A stretch of DNA of 64,000 nucleotides from an uncultured Bacilli bacterium (GCA_947629445.1 CANRDU010000002.1:64047-128046); one strand, 5' to 3'; positions 37,561-47,946 are shown, counted from the first letter of the stretch. Notes: a model not told the origin generated them from the sequence alone. A program made the numbers and translations.

Positions 37561-39984
37561 TTACACTTGACTAATATATTCAAGTAATTTTATAAATAAT
37601 TGAACATATTTTGTTTCAAGGCTATCTTTTCCTTGACCTAGTTTACGAATAGCAATTCTCTTTTTATTAATATCCTCATCCTTAATAAAGATAGCGTAAA
37701 TTTGTTCTTTCATCTTCGTTGGAATTGGAAGATCACTAATGATGGACTCGACATCTTCCATAATAATTCTTATGGCATCCATCTCAATATCTTTACCCTT
37801 ACAGTTAATGGTTAATTGCTGAGTAGTTGGAACATCTTTTACTTCAACAATAAAGTCAGGGCCTTCTACAGAAGTTACACACTCTGTTTTCGCATCACGA
37901 ATGAATGCGGTAACATCAGTAGATCTTTTTGTATTACGGAATCTAAACTTATAGTTACGGGTTTCCGGAATAATACCACTTTTTCCTTCAAGAGGTCTAA
38001 TAATTACCGTATAATTATTCGGTAAATAGTTATAGTCTATTAAAGTAAGTAAATAATATCCTTTTAAGTATAGGTCACTAACTCCGTCATCCTCATAGAG
38101 ACGATAATTATTACTTTCCCCAGGGAAAATGTGAATTTCCATATCTTTTGGAGGAGTTGTATCATTTAAATTCTCATTATGAGCAAGTGGAATAATCGCT
38201 CCTGCTTTCGCAAATACTGGATAATCTTGATCACGGAAGAATGATACATATTTATGACCACCTGGGAATTTTTTACCCGTTACGAAATCATACCAAATTC
38301 CTTCTGGTAAGAAGAATTTTTGAATAACACGATTCATGACAAGTTCTTTCTTTGTCGTAATTGGACAAATAAAGAATTGGCTTCCAAAATAATATTCATT
38401 GCGATATAAAGAATCATCATATAATTCTGGATAACGATAATAAATTGGTTGAATAAGAGGAATTCCATACTTGTAATACTTATAGGCTTCCGAATATAAA
38501 TATGGAATTAACTTATGACGTAACTGAAGATAATCCTTTGCAATCGCATAGGTTTTCATATCCCAACGCCATGGTTCTCTCTTGTAAAATCTTCCTACAT
38601 CTGCACTTAACTTCAAAATAGGAGAAAAAGTACCTAATTGAACAAATCTTTCATATAATTCATTATCTTCTGTTCCATAGAAGAACCCACCAATATCATG
38701 ACTCCACCAACTAACACCAATATTCGTAGCTTTTCCATTATAGAACGGAATAGCTTTCAACGTATCCCAACTAACCGTCGATTTTCCGGCATATAATACA
38801 GGATAACGATGGGCAGCTACGGCTGAATTATATCCATATACCATTGGTCTACGTTTATAATTTCTCATCATATCGTAAAAATGATAATGTTTAAGAAGCG
38901 TCAATTCTGGAGTTCTATCTTTATCATACCAGTCAATCCAGAAGAAATCGATTCCGAAATTATCCAATGGATGGATAAAAATTTTTAAATATACGTCTAC
39001 GGTTTTCGCATCATAGACATTAAATGGAATGACACCATTTGGAAGTGATGCTAAATATTTTTTGGCCTCTTCATAATAAGCATCAATAGGATAAAAACCT
39101 TCTATTGGATTAATATTAAGTCCAATACGAATTCCTTTTGTATGCATTAGTTCCACTAATCCTGTTGGGTTTTGGATATATTCCCCATTAAAAGTGAATC
39201 CTGTCTTTAAATGACGTTCTCCATCTTTTAAACGAATATGCCAATCCTTATCTAACATAATAATAGACATCGGAATTTCATTTGTTTCAAAATCGGTAAT
39301 TAACTCTTCTAATTTTTCCTCTGTATAACTATCATTCCTACTCCACCAGTTTCCTAAAGCATATCTTGGAATAAGAGCAGGATATCCGGTTAACATATAA
39401 TAATCTTTTAAGCACAAAGAGAAATCCCTAAAATACATAAATAGATAGATATCTGTCTCTGGATTTTCCCTTTCTAGACAATTTCCACGAGCATTAAAGA
39501 CTTTAGAATTAGAATCATCAATAGAAGCAAAACCATCAATGGAATAAAGACCTTTCATATTGTATCTAGCATCATCTTCTTTACTATCAGTAGCTTGAAG
39601 CAAAGGCGCTAAATAATTACGAACCTCTGGATGTCCATAATACCATACACGATCAGTACCCTTTAACTCTACTTTTAAATTAGAAGTCTTATTCATACTT
39701 GACCCTTTGAATGGTGCCTCTTTTACATATGTCAAAATAAAATACTTAGTCTCTAAAACGATAGTTGTATCCGTATTACTAACATTTACTTCTACTTGTG
39801 GAAAATTTCTACAAAATACAAGTTCTGTTGGTCTATCCTCAAAAACACCATTAGGACTATATTCTAATCTTACTAGCCTCTCCGTCAATACGGTAATACG
39901 ATATTTTGCACCAGTTAACACACTATAAGGATTCGCTTTTGCTTTTCCTAAATCGAGCGCAAATTGATCTCCTAAATCATACAT
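37561..39984 (-). CDS. glycoside hydrolase family 31 (alpha-glucosidase/alpha-xylosidase-like)
   Basis: 807 aa with IMLDKDWH, FFWIDWYDKD and WSHDIGGF signatures of GH31, plus a C-terminal extension of about 120 aa. Confidence 0.8.
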   Translation of the reverse strand: MYDLGDQFALDLGKAKANPYSVLTGAKYRITVLTERLVRLEYSPNGVFEDRPTELVFCRNFPQVEVNVSNTDTTIVLETKYFILTYVKEAPFKGSSMNKTSNLKVELKGTDRVWYYGHPEVRNYLAPLLQATDSKEDDARYNMKGLYSIDGFASIDDSNSKVFNARGNCLERENPETDIYLFMYFRDFSLCLKDYYMLTGYPALIPRYALGNWWSRNDSYTEEKLEELITDFETNEIPMSIIMLDKDWHIRLKDGERHLKTGFTFNGEYIQNPTGLVELMHTKGIRIGLNINPIEGFYPIDAYYEEAKKYLASLPNGVIPFNVYDAKTVDVYLKIFIHPLDNFGIDFFWIDWYDKDRTPELTLLKHYHFYDMMRNYKRRPMVYGYNSAVAAHRYPVLYAGKSTVSWDTLKAIPFYNGKATNIGVSWWSHDIGGFFYGTEDNELYERFVQLGTFSPILKLSADVGRFYKREPWRWDMKTYAIAKDYLQLRHKLIPYLYSEAYKYYKYGIPLIQPIYYRYPELYDDSLYRNEYYFGSQFFICPITTKKELVMNRVIQKFFLPEGIWYDFVTGKKFPGGHKYVSFFRDQDYPVFAKAGAIIPLAHNENLNDTTPPKDMEIHIFPGESNNYRLYEDDGVSDLYLKGYYLLTLIDYNYLPNNYTVIIRPLEGKSGIIPETRNYKFRFRNTKRSTDVTAFIRDAKTECVTSVEGPDFIVEVKDVPTTQQLTINCKGKDIEMDAIRIIMEDVESIISDLPIPTKMKEQIYAIFIKDEDINKKRIAIRKLGQGKDSLETKYVQLFIKLLEYISQV

Positions 39985-39999
39985 ATTATCACCCTTTTT

Positions 40000-41415
40000 C
40001 TATAATTCTTCTATTTTCATAAAGTTAGTACTTTTCACTTCTTTAAATGGATATCCACCAGTAATAATAATTTTATCGCCTGGTTTTGTCGAAATTAAAT
40101 CAAATGTGACTTTCTTAGATACCTCAATAATTTTATCAAAATCTTTTAATTCTTCTATCAATACGGGATTAACAGCAAAATGAAGTTGTAAAGATTTTAC
40201 TGTTGATGGATTAGGACTCACCGCAATAATTGGACAACTTGGTCTACAATTACTCATCTTACGTGCCGTATACCCACTCATAGTGGGAGCAATGATACTG
40301 GAACAATTTAACTTACTGGCACATTCTGCAACACTACGAGAAATCATTCCGGTAATATCTTTATCTTTTTCTTCATGTCTCTCTAAGAATTCTAAATAAT
40401 CAATATCTTTTTCAGCAGAATTAATAATTTTTTCCATCATATTCAGTGTTTCAATTGGAAACTTACCAACGGTTGTTTCATTACTTAACATAACGGCATC
40501 GGCACCATCTAGTACCGCATTCGCAACATCACTAACTTCTGCTCTTGTCGGACGAATGGTCGTTTCCATAGAAGATAATAATTCTGTTGCCACAATACTG
40601 ACAATTCCTGCTCTATGACATTTATCAATAATTTTCTTCTGCACTCCCGGTACTCTTTCTAGGGGAATATCCACCCCTAAGTCACCACGAGCTACCATAA
40701 GACCATCACTGACTCGAATAATTTCATCTAAATTATTTACCGCATCCTCATTTTCTATTTTAGAAATAATACCGATGTGGTCATTTTTAAGTCCTATTAA
40801 AATATCACTAGCAGCGAGGACATCTTCCTGACAACTAACGTGAGAAAGCGCTAGAAAGTCAACATTCATTTTATGAGCAAAAACAATGTCTGTTTCATCT
40901 TTCTTAGTCATTCTTGGTAAATGTAATTTCACACCCTCTACCGCAACACTTTGTTTATCCTCAATAATACCATCTGTTAGTACTTCGCATAAAAGAAAAT
41001 CTTTTTCGATACTAATCACTTCAAAAAGCATAAGTCCATCTTTTACTTTGATAATACTGTTATACTGAACTTCTTTTATCAAATCACTATAGTTAACAGA
41101 AAATTTGGTACTATCTCCTTCTACAGAATCCATATAAATGCGTACTTTATCTCCTTTTCGGAAATAAGCTTGTCCATTGGTAAAAGTTCCTGTACGTACC
41201 TCTGGTCCCATTAAATCGACCATAACCGCAATACTCAAATGAAGTTCTTCATTTAGTTCTTGTATTTTTTCTATTACATCAGTACAAAAATTATAACTAG
41301 CATGACTCATATTAAGCCTAGCAACATCCATACCATTTTGCATTAACCGTTTAATCTGTTCCTTTTCCATAGTTGCTGGTCCAATGGTAACTACCACCTT
41401 AGTCTTATTCAACAT
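40000..41415 (-). CDS. pyk: pyruvate kinase
   Basis: KTKVVVTIGPA, ARLNMSH, MVARGDLGVDIP and SNETTVGKFP. ATG 41415 follows AGGTGA; the track start 41424 is a GTG inside the SD. Confidence 0.95.
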   Translation of the reverse strand: MLNKTKVVVTIGPATMEKEQIKRLMQNGMDVARLNMSHASYNFCTDVIEKIQELNEELHLSIAVMVDLMGPEVRTGTFTNGQAYFRKGDKVRIYMDSVEGDSTKFSVNYSDLIKEVQYNSIIKVKDGLMLFEVISIEKDFLLCEVLTDGIIEDKQSVAVEGVKLHLPRMTKKDETDIVFAHKMNVDFLALSHVSCQEDVLAASDILIGLKNDHIGIISKIENEDAVNNLDEIIRVSDGLMVARGDLGVDIPLERVPGVQKKIIDKCHRAGIVSIVATELLSSMETTIRPTRAEVSDVANAVLDGADAVMLSNETTVGKFPIETLNMMEKIINSAEKDIDYLEFLERHEEKDKDITGMISRSVAECASKLNCSSIIAPTMSGYTARKMSNCRPSCPIIAVSPNPSTVKSLQLHFAVNPVLIEELKDFDKIIEVSKKVTFDLISTKPGDKIIITGGYPFKEVKSTNFMKIEEL

Positions 41416-41480
41416 ACTATTCACCTATTATCAATTATATCATAATAATGAAAATTTACAATAAAAAAAGCATATAATCC

Positions 41481-43388
41481 CTATATGCTTCTTAAACTTT
41501 TTAACAATTTTATAGATCCCATAATACAAAGGGTACTAATTCCTAACATCATAATCATCATCATCGTATCATCATAAGTATTTGGTGTTTTCATAGACGT
41601 ATCATCAGTGAGAATTAAAGGAGGCTCAAGTCCACATGCGGAATAGCCTACCCGATAAGGATCTTCTGCAGTTCCTGTACCAGCACAAATTTCTGTATTC
41701 TTTAAGGAAACTGTTGGTAAAACAGCGGAATTAGCCTTACATTCACTAATTGGAGCAACAGAATTATTTATTGTTGATTCCTCATCATTACTAACTGTCC
41801 AATCTTTAAACGGGAGTTTTTGCTCATACAACTCTCTAGAAGAAACTGATGACATAGAAGTTACCGCATAACCAGGACACCATGATTGATGTGTTGTTCC
41901 CATATACATCATCTCATCAGATGTTAATAATCCAACTGGATATTTTAACTTTTTGTTTCCCTGAGAATTATTAACGGTAAAAGAATCTGCCTTTCTAGAA
42001 CATTCTAAAGTTGGTTTTCCTTCTTCAAGACGTTGATAGGTTGAAAAGGCGGATTCATTAACAAAATATCCATAGCCAAAACGAAAATTTGTATTTATAT
42101 CAAAATTGCCAAAGTTAGTAGTTCGATCATTACACCAAACAGTATCTTCTAATAAATGTGTATAAGGAACTAGATTTTTTTGGTACCAAGTATCGACTAT
42201 AGATTTTCTATCTGAATCAATATCATTAGCGGGATTAATATATTTTTGATAGAATTTATAAAGTTTCGCTAGGGCTGTTTCTATCATCGCTCCATTTCGA
42301 AGTAATACATAATGTACATAAGTATCTCCACCAGAATAAGCATATAAATCATAAAGGTAATATACCTCTTTACAAGTATTATCATCACTTAAACAAACAT
42401 AATGTCTCTTTCCGATATTCTTTTCCTTCGTTAATACTGTTTCAACCGTATCTAAGTTTTCTAATGGATAAGTTACGGTGTCCAATAAAGTATATTTTCC
42501 ATTCTTATACTTTACATCATGACCTAAGACCAACTTTTTTCCTTCTAATTCAGCCATCGTACTTTCATAAGTATCTCCGTTATGATAAATGGTATAAGGA
42601 ATCCAATAATCATCATCTGAGAAATTTTCCTCAATATGGTATATGGATTCACAACTCTCTTCATTATTCTTACAAGTGTACTTATTTTTTAACTCATTTT
42701 TAGACATGGACTGATAACTTTCTGGATTTTCCAAATAATATTTTCCATCTTTAAAAGTTACTTCATCAGCAAATAAGAAATTCTCATAATCACGCAAAGA
42801 ATCACTTTCGACTGATAGAAAAGTATTCCATTCCAACTCAGCTTGAGTGTTAACATAATTTCCTTCAGGACTATAATCCCAAGACCAATCTAAGAAACTA
42901 GAATCGCCTTTTTCTTCCATGTAACCTCTCTCACTACCGTCTTCAAAACCATACCATTTTAATAAACTAGGATCAAAAGTAGTATTAACGCAAGTTCCAT
43001 CACTTCCTGCTTTTCCATCATACATGATTTTAACTCCACCAGTATCCGTTGTTCTGACAATTAAATAGCAATTTCCTTCTAATAACACATGGTTGTTATC
43101 TACGGCACCACGATAATAATGGATTGGATATTTATCCTTTAATGTAGATGCGATAGTATATACTCCTTTTCCATTAGCAATCGTATGGTCATAGTTATAA
43201 CTACCATAATATTCCCATGGCTCCGAAAAATCAATTCCTTTATCACTCTCTACAAATTCACTTTTGATGTCATCTCTAACTGCTTGCTCTGCTATTGCTT
43301 CATACAAAGTTTTACTTTTGGCACTTACTGGCATTATCATGCTAAATAACATAGCAAATGCTAATATAAAATTTATACTTCTCTTCAC
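41481..43388 (-). CDS. secreted Cys-rich surface protein with a C-terminal TM anchor (no LPXTG)
   Basis: Start refined to GTG 43388, giving the signal peptide (M)KRSINFILAFAMLFSMIMPVSA/KS. An AGGAG SD lies 8 nt upstream. The track's TTG 43442 coincides with the -35 of the promoter. The C-terminus MMMIMMLGISTLCIMGSIKLLKSLRSI is hydrophobic then basic. No family recognised with confidence. Confidence 0.6.
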   Translation of the reverse strand: MKRSINFILAFAMLFSMIMPVSAKSKTLYEAIAEQAVRDDIKSEFVESDKGIDFSEPWEYYGSYNYDHTIANGKGVYTIASTLKDKYPIHYYRGAVDNNHVLLEGNCYLIVRTTDTGGVKIMYDGKAGSDGTCVNTTFDPSLLKWYGFEDGSERGYMEEKGDSSFLDWSWDYSPEGNYVNTQAELEWNTFLSVESDSLRDYENFLFADEVTFKDGKYYLENPESYQSMSKNELKNKYTCKNNEESCESIYHIEENFSDDDYWIPYTIYHNGDTYESTMAELEGKKLVLGHDVKYKNGKYTLLDTVTYPLENLDTVETVLTKEKNIGKRHYVCLSDDNTCKEVYYLYDLYAYSGGDTYVHYVLLRNGAMIETALAKLYKFYQKYINPANDIDSDRKSIVDTWYQKNLVPYTHLLEDTVWCNDRTTNFGNFDINTNFRFGYGYFVNESAFSTYQRLEEGKPTLECSRKADSFTVNNSQGNKKLKYPVGLLTSDEMMYMGTTHQSWCPGYAVTSMSSVSSRELYEQKLPFKDWTVSNDEESTINNSVAPISECKANSAVLPTVSLKNTEICAGTGTAEDPYRVGYSACGLEPPLILTDDTSMKTPNTYDDTMMMIMMLGISTLCIMGSIKLLKSLRSI

Positions 43389-43413
43389 TTCACATACTCC
43401 TATCCTACTAATC

Positions 43414-43442
43414 ATTATAGCACCGTTTCCCCTCCTTTTCAA
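43414..43442 (-). promoter_or_regulatory. sigma-A promoter for the surface-protein gene
   Basis: Minus strand reads TTGAAA (43442-43437), 17 nt, TATAAT (43419-43414). Confidence 0.55.
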
Positions 43443-43477
43443 TTAAAAAAGCACTCTATCAAATAATGCTTTTCCCA

Positions 43478-43503
43478 TAAAAAAAGGAAAAAATATTTTT
43501 TCC
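43478..43503 (-). terminator. intrinsic terminator after mraY
   Basis: Transcript GGAAAAAAT/ATTTTTTCC hairpin followed by T8. Confidence 0.55.
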
Positions 43504-43505
43504 TC

Positions 43506-44495
43506 TTAAATCCATACTCCAAAAATAATCGCTGACATACTTAAAATTAAACCAATTACCCAAAAAAATTTCACGATATCTCTCTCATCCCATCCTAGTT
43601 TTTCTAAGTGGTGATGAAAAGGTGTCATTAAAAATACTTTTCTATGGAAGTAAACCATACTAATAATTTGGATAATACATACTAAAGTTTCAAAAATAAA
43701 AACTCCGGCAACGACTAATAATGTGATTTCATGTTGAGAGATAATGGCAACAGATGCCAAAGTAGCCCCCAACGAAAGGGAACCGGTATCTCCCATAAAT
43801 ACTTTCGCAGGATGCGTATTATAAACCAAAAAGCCAAGTAATGATCCTACTAATACAAAGCAGAAAATAGCAATATCTTCTGTTCCTGCTATCGCACTAC
43901 TATTCCAACTAATAAGGGCGAAAGCTAAAAATGCCATTACGGATAATCCACCAGCTAAACCATCCAGCCCATCAGTAATATTAACAGCATTACTACTAGC
44001 TACTAATACAAATAACAAAAATACGCCATAAAACCAACCCATATCAATTCGTATTCCTAATGTATAAATATCTAAGACAGGTTCTGCTCCTCCTCGCATA
44101 TAAATAGCAAAGAAAACTAGCGCAATGAATAATTGACCTGCTAACTTTTGAAATTCCGTAAGTCCAACATTGTTATGTCTTTTTATAATCAGGAAGTCAT
44201 CTATAAATCCCAAAGCGGCATAAGCCAGAAAGACAAAGATGACAATTAGCAAGTTATAGGAAAATTCTACTTTCCCCATCAATAATAAAATAATAATAGC
44301 TGTAATGGTTGGAATAATAAAAATAATCCCCCCCATCGTCGGTGTGCCATCTTTATCATGATGGCTTTTTTCCAAATAAGTGCTTACCTTTTGATGTGCC
44401 AATTTCTTCAGTAAAGGAACTGCAATAAGTCCAAAAATAACCGCAATGATAAAACCAATCATCATCGCTAACATGGCTTTGGTTATTACAAGCAT
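43506..44495 (-). CDS. mraY: phospho-N-acetylmuramoyl-pentapeptide transferase
   Basis: 329 aa, polytopic. Contains GTPTMGGIIF, FIDDFLIIK, NAVNITDGLDGLA and MGDTGSLSLG. Confidence 0.95.
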   Translation of the reverse strand: MLVITKAMLAMMIGFIIAVIFGLIAVPLLKKLAHQKVSTYLEKSHHDKDGTPTMGGIIFIIPTITAIIILLLMGKVEFSYNLLIVIFVFLAYAALGFIDDFLIIKRHNNVGLTEFQKLAGQLFIALVFFAIYMRGGAEPVLDIYTLGIRIDMGWFYGVFLLFVLVASSNAVNITDGLDGLAGGLSVMAFLAFALISWNSSAIAGTEDIAIFCFVLVGSLLGFLVYNTHPAKVFMGDTGSLSLGATLASVAIISQHEITLLVVAGVFIFETLVCIIQIISMVYFHRKVFLMTPFHHHLEKLGWDERDIVKFFWVIGLILSMSAIIFGVWI

Positions 44496-44499
44496 TTAA

Positions 44500-45810
44500 T
44501 CATCCCCTAATATAATCGGAAACCACCTTTTTATCATCAAAAAATATTTTTTCATTTCCTATAATTTGATACTTTTCGTGGCCTTTTCCAAGCACTAATA
44601 GTATATCATTTTTTGTCAATAGTTGTATACCCTTTTTGATAGCAATCTCACGATTTGACTCTATTTCATAATTGATATTGTCAAGATTAGAAGTGATATC
44701 TTTCAAAATGCGCATAGGATTCTCACTTCTAGGATTATCACTTGTAAAAATAACATAATCTGATTTTCTGGTAGCAATTTCTCCCATTACCGGTCTTTTA
44801 GATTTATCTCTATCGCCACCACAACCAATAATCGTAATAATTTTATGGTAATCCATCTCACGAACGGCATCTAAAATATTCTCTAAGGCATCCGGGGTAT
44901 GAGCATAATCAATAACGATATCATTTTCACCATAAGAGATGGAATCCATCCTTCCTTCTGGGGAATGACAATTTAAAATGGAATCTTTTAAATCATGATA
45001 GGTATATCCCATTTGATAAAATAAGCAAATAGCAGCCGTCATATTATAAACATTATAATTCCCTAAAAGTTTCATTTGATACTCTTCTTCATTGATTTTA
45101 AATCCTTTCGGTAATATCTCTATTTCATAATCCGTATGGGAACAACCGTAGGTAACATAATTGTTTTTCTCAAAGAACGAAGCACAAGGGTCATCCCCAT
45201 TAATAATGGATACTCCCCCTTCTTTCACTTTTTCAAATAATTTTTGCTTTGCTTTTAAATAATTCTCCATCGTCAAATGGTAATCTAAATGATCTTGCGT
45301 AAGATTTGTAAATATTGCATAATCAAAAGTTAAAAAATCTACTCTTCCTTGATCTAATGCTTGACTACTTACTTCCATTACTGCCATTTTGCAGCCTTCT
45401 TCATAACTCTGTTGAAATAGTTCTAACAATTCTTCTTCCCCTGGTGTTGTATTTGTTAAATCTTTGACTTTTTCTTTGGTATAAAATCCTAATGTTCCAA
45501 TATAACTACAAGGAATACCAAGTTGCCAACAAAGTTGCCATATTAAAAAGCAGGTAGTCGTCTTACCATTCGTACCTGTTACCCCAATTACTGGAAGTGG
45601 TACCATATTTTTTTTCGCATACTCTGTCAAATATTTCTTCGTACTAGGAACAATTTCTGTTTCTACTTCGTATTCTCCATATTCGGCGATAATTTTAGTC
45701 GCACCTGCCGCAATGGCTTCTTTGATAAAATTATGGCCATCATAATGGGTACCTTTCATCGCTAAAAAGGTATCTCCCTCCACTACTTTTCTAGAATCAC
45801 ATTTTAACAT
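44500..45810 (-). CDS. murE: UDP-MurNAc-L-Ala-D-Glu:diamino-acid ligase MurE (DNPR motif, meso-DAP type)
   Basis: 436 aa with GVTGTNGKTTT, FTNLTQDHLDYH, GCGGDRDKSKRP and FTSDNPRSENP. Lies 4 nt upstream of mraY. Confidence 0.85.
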   Translation of the reverse strand: MLKCDSRKVVEGDTFLAMKGTHYDGHNFIKEAIAAGATKIIAEYGEYEVETEIVPSTKKYLTEYAKKNMVPLPVIGVTGTNGKTTTCFLIWQLCWQLGIPCSYIGTLGFYTKEKVKDLTNTTPGEEELLELFQQSYEEGCKMAVMEVSSQALDQGRVDFLTFDYAIFTNLTQDHLDYHLTMENYLKAKQKLFEKVKEGGVSIINGDDPCASFFEKNNYVTYGCSHTDYEIEILPKGFKINEEEYQMKLLGNYNVYNMTAAICLFYQMGYTYHDLKDSILNCHSPEGRMDSISYGENDIVIDYAHTPDALENILDAVREMDYHKIITIIGCGGDRDKSKRPVMGEIATRKSDYVIFTSDNPRSENPMRILKDITSNLDNINYEIESNREIAIKKGIQLLTKNDILLVLGKGHEKYQIIGNEKIFFDDKKVVSDYIRG

Positions 45811-45853
45811 AAGAACACCTCAGTATATCTTATGAGAAATATGTCCTAACGTG

Positions 45854-45879
45854 AAAAAAGAGTTGACTAATCAACTCTT
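45854..45879 (-). terminator. hairpin plus T-run between the two murE paralogs
   Basis: Transcript AAGAGTTGA-ttag-TCAACTCTT followed by TTTTTCACG. It overlaps the stop of the upstream paralog. Confidence 0.5.
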
Positions 45880-47237
45880 AACATTTCCCTTTTTCTCTCT
45901 TCGATTAACTGTTCTACTGCCTTCCGGTCGTTATAAGGAATTCTATCATCTTTCACAATGATAAACTCCTCATGACCTTTTCCTAAAATTAGTAAAATGT
46001 CTTGTTCTTTTAATAATTTTGTCGCATAACGAACAGCTTCCATTCGGTTTGGTTCTACCATATAATGGTTAGAAGTTACACCTTCTAACATATCCGCTAC
46101 AATATCCTCAAATCGTTCTTCATGTAAATCATCACTCGTAACAACAACATAATCAGCATTTTGTAATGCTAAAGACATCATAATAGGTCTTTTTTTAGCA
46201 TCCCTACTTCCCGTACATCCAAAAACAACATACGTCTTATTATGCGGTATTTCTTGAACTGTCCGAAAGATATTTTCCATCGCATCTGGAGTATGAGCAT
46301 AGTCCACGATAACGGTATTTCCAAAAAAAGGAATAATATCCATTCTACCTGGTGGTGGCGTTAATGTTGGCATGACACTCTCAATAGTATTCTTATCAAT
46401 TCCTAATAAATCTAAAATAATCACACCACAAAGGACATTATAAACATTGTATCTTCCGATAAGTGAGGTATGAATATGTAAATCATTTACTGTAAATTCA
46501 CTGCCATATTTTTGTAAAGATACGTTCTGTAATTGATAATCACTTTTTTGAAATCCATAAGTGATAACATCGCCAATTTCAAATCGTTCATGATAAGGAT
46601 CATCTATATTAATAATAGATTTTCCACCCTCTTTTACTTGATAAAATAACTGTTCTTTTGCTTTCGCATAATTATCCATTGTCTTATGATAATCTAAATG
46701 ATCCTGTGTAAGATTCGTAAATATGGCATAATCAAAAGGAATACCATTTAGCCTCCCATAGGATAATCCTTGACTGCTTACTTCCATAACAACGTATTTA
46801 CATCCTGTTTCATAGGATTCTACTAACATGTCATACATATCACAGATATCGGGAGAAGTATTCGGTAAATCTTTCATTTTCTTTTCTTTATAAAATCCTA
46901 TAGTGCCTATATAAGATGCTTTTCTACCAATGGCACGTAATGCTTCATATAATAGATAAGCGGAAGTAGTTTTTCCATTGGTACCAGTAATTCCGATAAT
47001 AGTTAACTGATTTAATACCCCTTGATACGTTTCCTTTAAATAATTTTCTAAATAAATACGAGTGTCTGGAACAATTTCTGTCTCTACGGAATAGGATCCT
47101 TCTTCTGCTACTATTTTAGTCGCACCATTATGGATAGCTTTTTCTATGTAGTCATGTCCATCACTAGAAATGCCCCTTAAAGCAACAAAGGTATCTCCTG
47201 CCACTACTTTTCTAGAATCTGTTTTCAACTGTATCAT
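45867..47237 (-). CDS. MurE-family Mur ligase paralog with a divergent specificity motif
   Basis: Start refined to ATG 47237 (MIQLKTDSRKV) after SD GGAGGTG. Contains GITGTNGKTTS, FTNLTQDHLDYH, GCTGSRDAKKRP and VTSDDLHEERF in place of DNPR. Confidence 0.75.
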   Translation of the reverse strand: MIQLKTDSRKVVAGDTFVALRGISSDGHDYIEKAIHNGATKIVAEEGSYSVETEIVPDTRIYLENYLKETYQGVLNQLTIIGITGTNGKTTSAYLLYEALRAIGRKASYIGTIGFYKEKKMKDLPNTSPDICDMYDMLVESYETGCKYVVMEVSSQGLSYGRLNGIPFDYAIFTNLTQDHLDYHKTMDNYAKAKEQLFYQVKEGGKSIINIDDPYHERFEIGDVITYGFQKSDYQLQNVSLQKYGSEFTVNDLHIHTSLIGRYNVYNVLCGVIILDLLGIDKNTIESVMPTLTPPPGRMDIIPFFGNTVIVDYAHTPDAMENIFRTVQEIPHNKTYVVFGCTGSRDAKKRPIMMSLALQNADYVVVTSDDLHEERFEDIVADMLEGVTSNHYMVEPNRMEAVRYATKLLKEQDILLILGKGHEEFIIVKDDRIPYNDRKAVEQLIEERKREMLRVD

Positions 47238-47943
47238 CTTCCACCTCCACTTTTTGATATTGATCATAATTTTTAGAATATGACATTAAATTGTTAATTT
47301 CACTATAAGTAATATCTACTTTAAAAGAAGAATAAACCATATTTTTAGACATTAAATAATTGGTTAAATCTAATTCTACTTCTTGAATTTCATAGTCCTC
47401 CTCTAATACAGTTAATAAGATTTCCGAACCGGCTTCAATTTCATAGCGATAAGTTGTTTTTATCCTACCATCTTTATATTTCATCTGTTCTTCTAAAGTA
47501 CCATTTTGAATCCAAAGAGAGATGGTAGAAGGAGATAATTCTTTTATCGATAATTGAATGAAAAAAGGTCTTTCTTCTTTTAATGTTTGCAAAGCACTAT
47601 CCACTACATAAGATATTCCATCTTCCACAAAATACTCTTTATTTGCATAAGTAATATAATTCTTCTTTTCATAATAAGTTCCTTCTAGTAGCTGCGTATT
47701 CTCATTATATGTGAATGTCATGTGATATTGGAAATTCTCTCTAGACTGATAATTTTCTAGGAAGTCATCACTCTTAGTAGAAGAACTACTGTAACTGACA
47801 GGAGCTTTCGGTAATATAAAGAAGGCCATATAAACACATAGAAAAAACAATATCCAGAGTCCTAATTGTAAAAAAGCATGTTTTCGTGGATTATTCTTCT
47901 TAATATCTTTATATGCATGATAAAGTTTTTTAATTTTCCCCAT
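47212..47943 (-). CDS. hypothetical N-terminally anchored membrane protein
   Basis: 243 aa with TM LQLGLWILFFLCVYMAFFIL. Starts 3 nt after the fmt stop and overlaps the murE-paralog start by 26 nt. No family recognised. Confidence 0.55.
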   Translation of the reverse strand: MGKIKKLYHAYKDIKKNNPRKHAFLQLGLWILFFLCVYMAFFILPKAPVSYSSSSTKSDDFLENYQSRENFQYHMTFTYNENTQLLEGTYYEKKNYITYANKEYFVEDGISYVVDSALQTLKEERPFFIQLSIKELSPSTISLWIQNGTLEEQMKYKDGRIKTTYRYEIEAGSEILLTVLEEDYEIQEVELDLTNYLMSKNMVYSSFKVDITYSEINNLMSYSKNYDQYQKVEVEDDTVENRF

Positions 47944-47946
47944 ACA

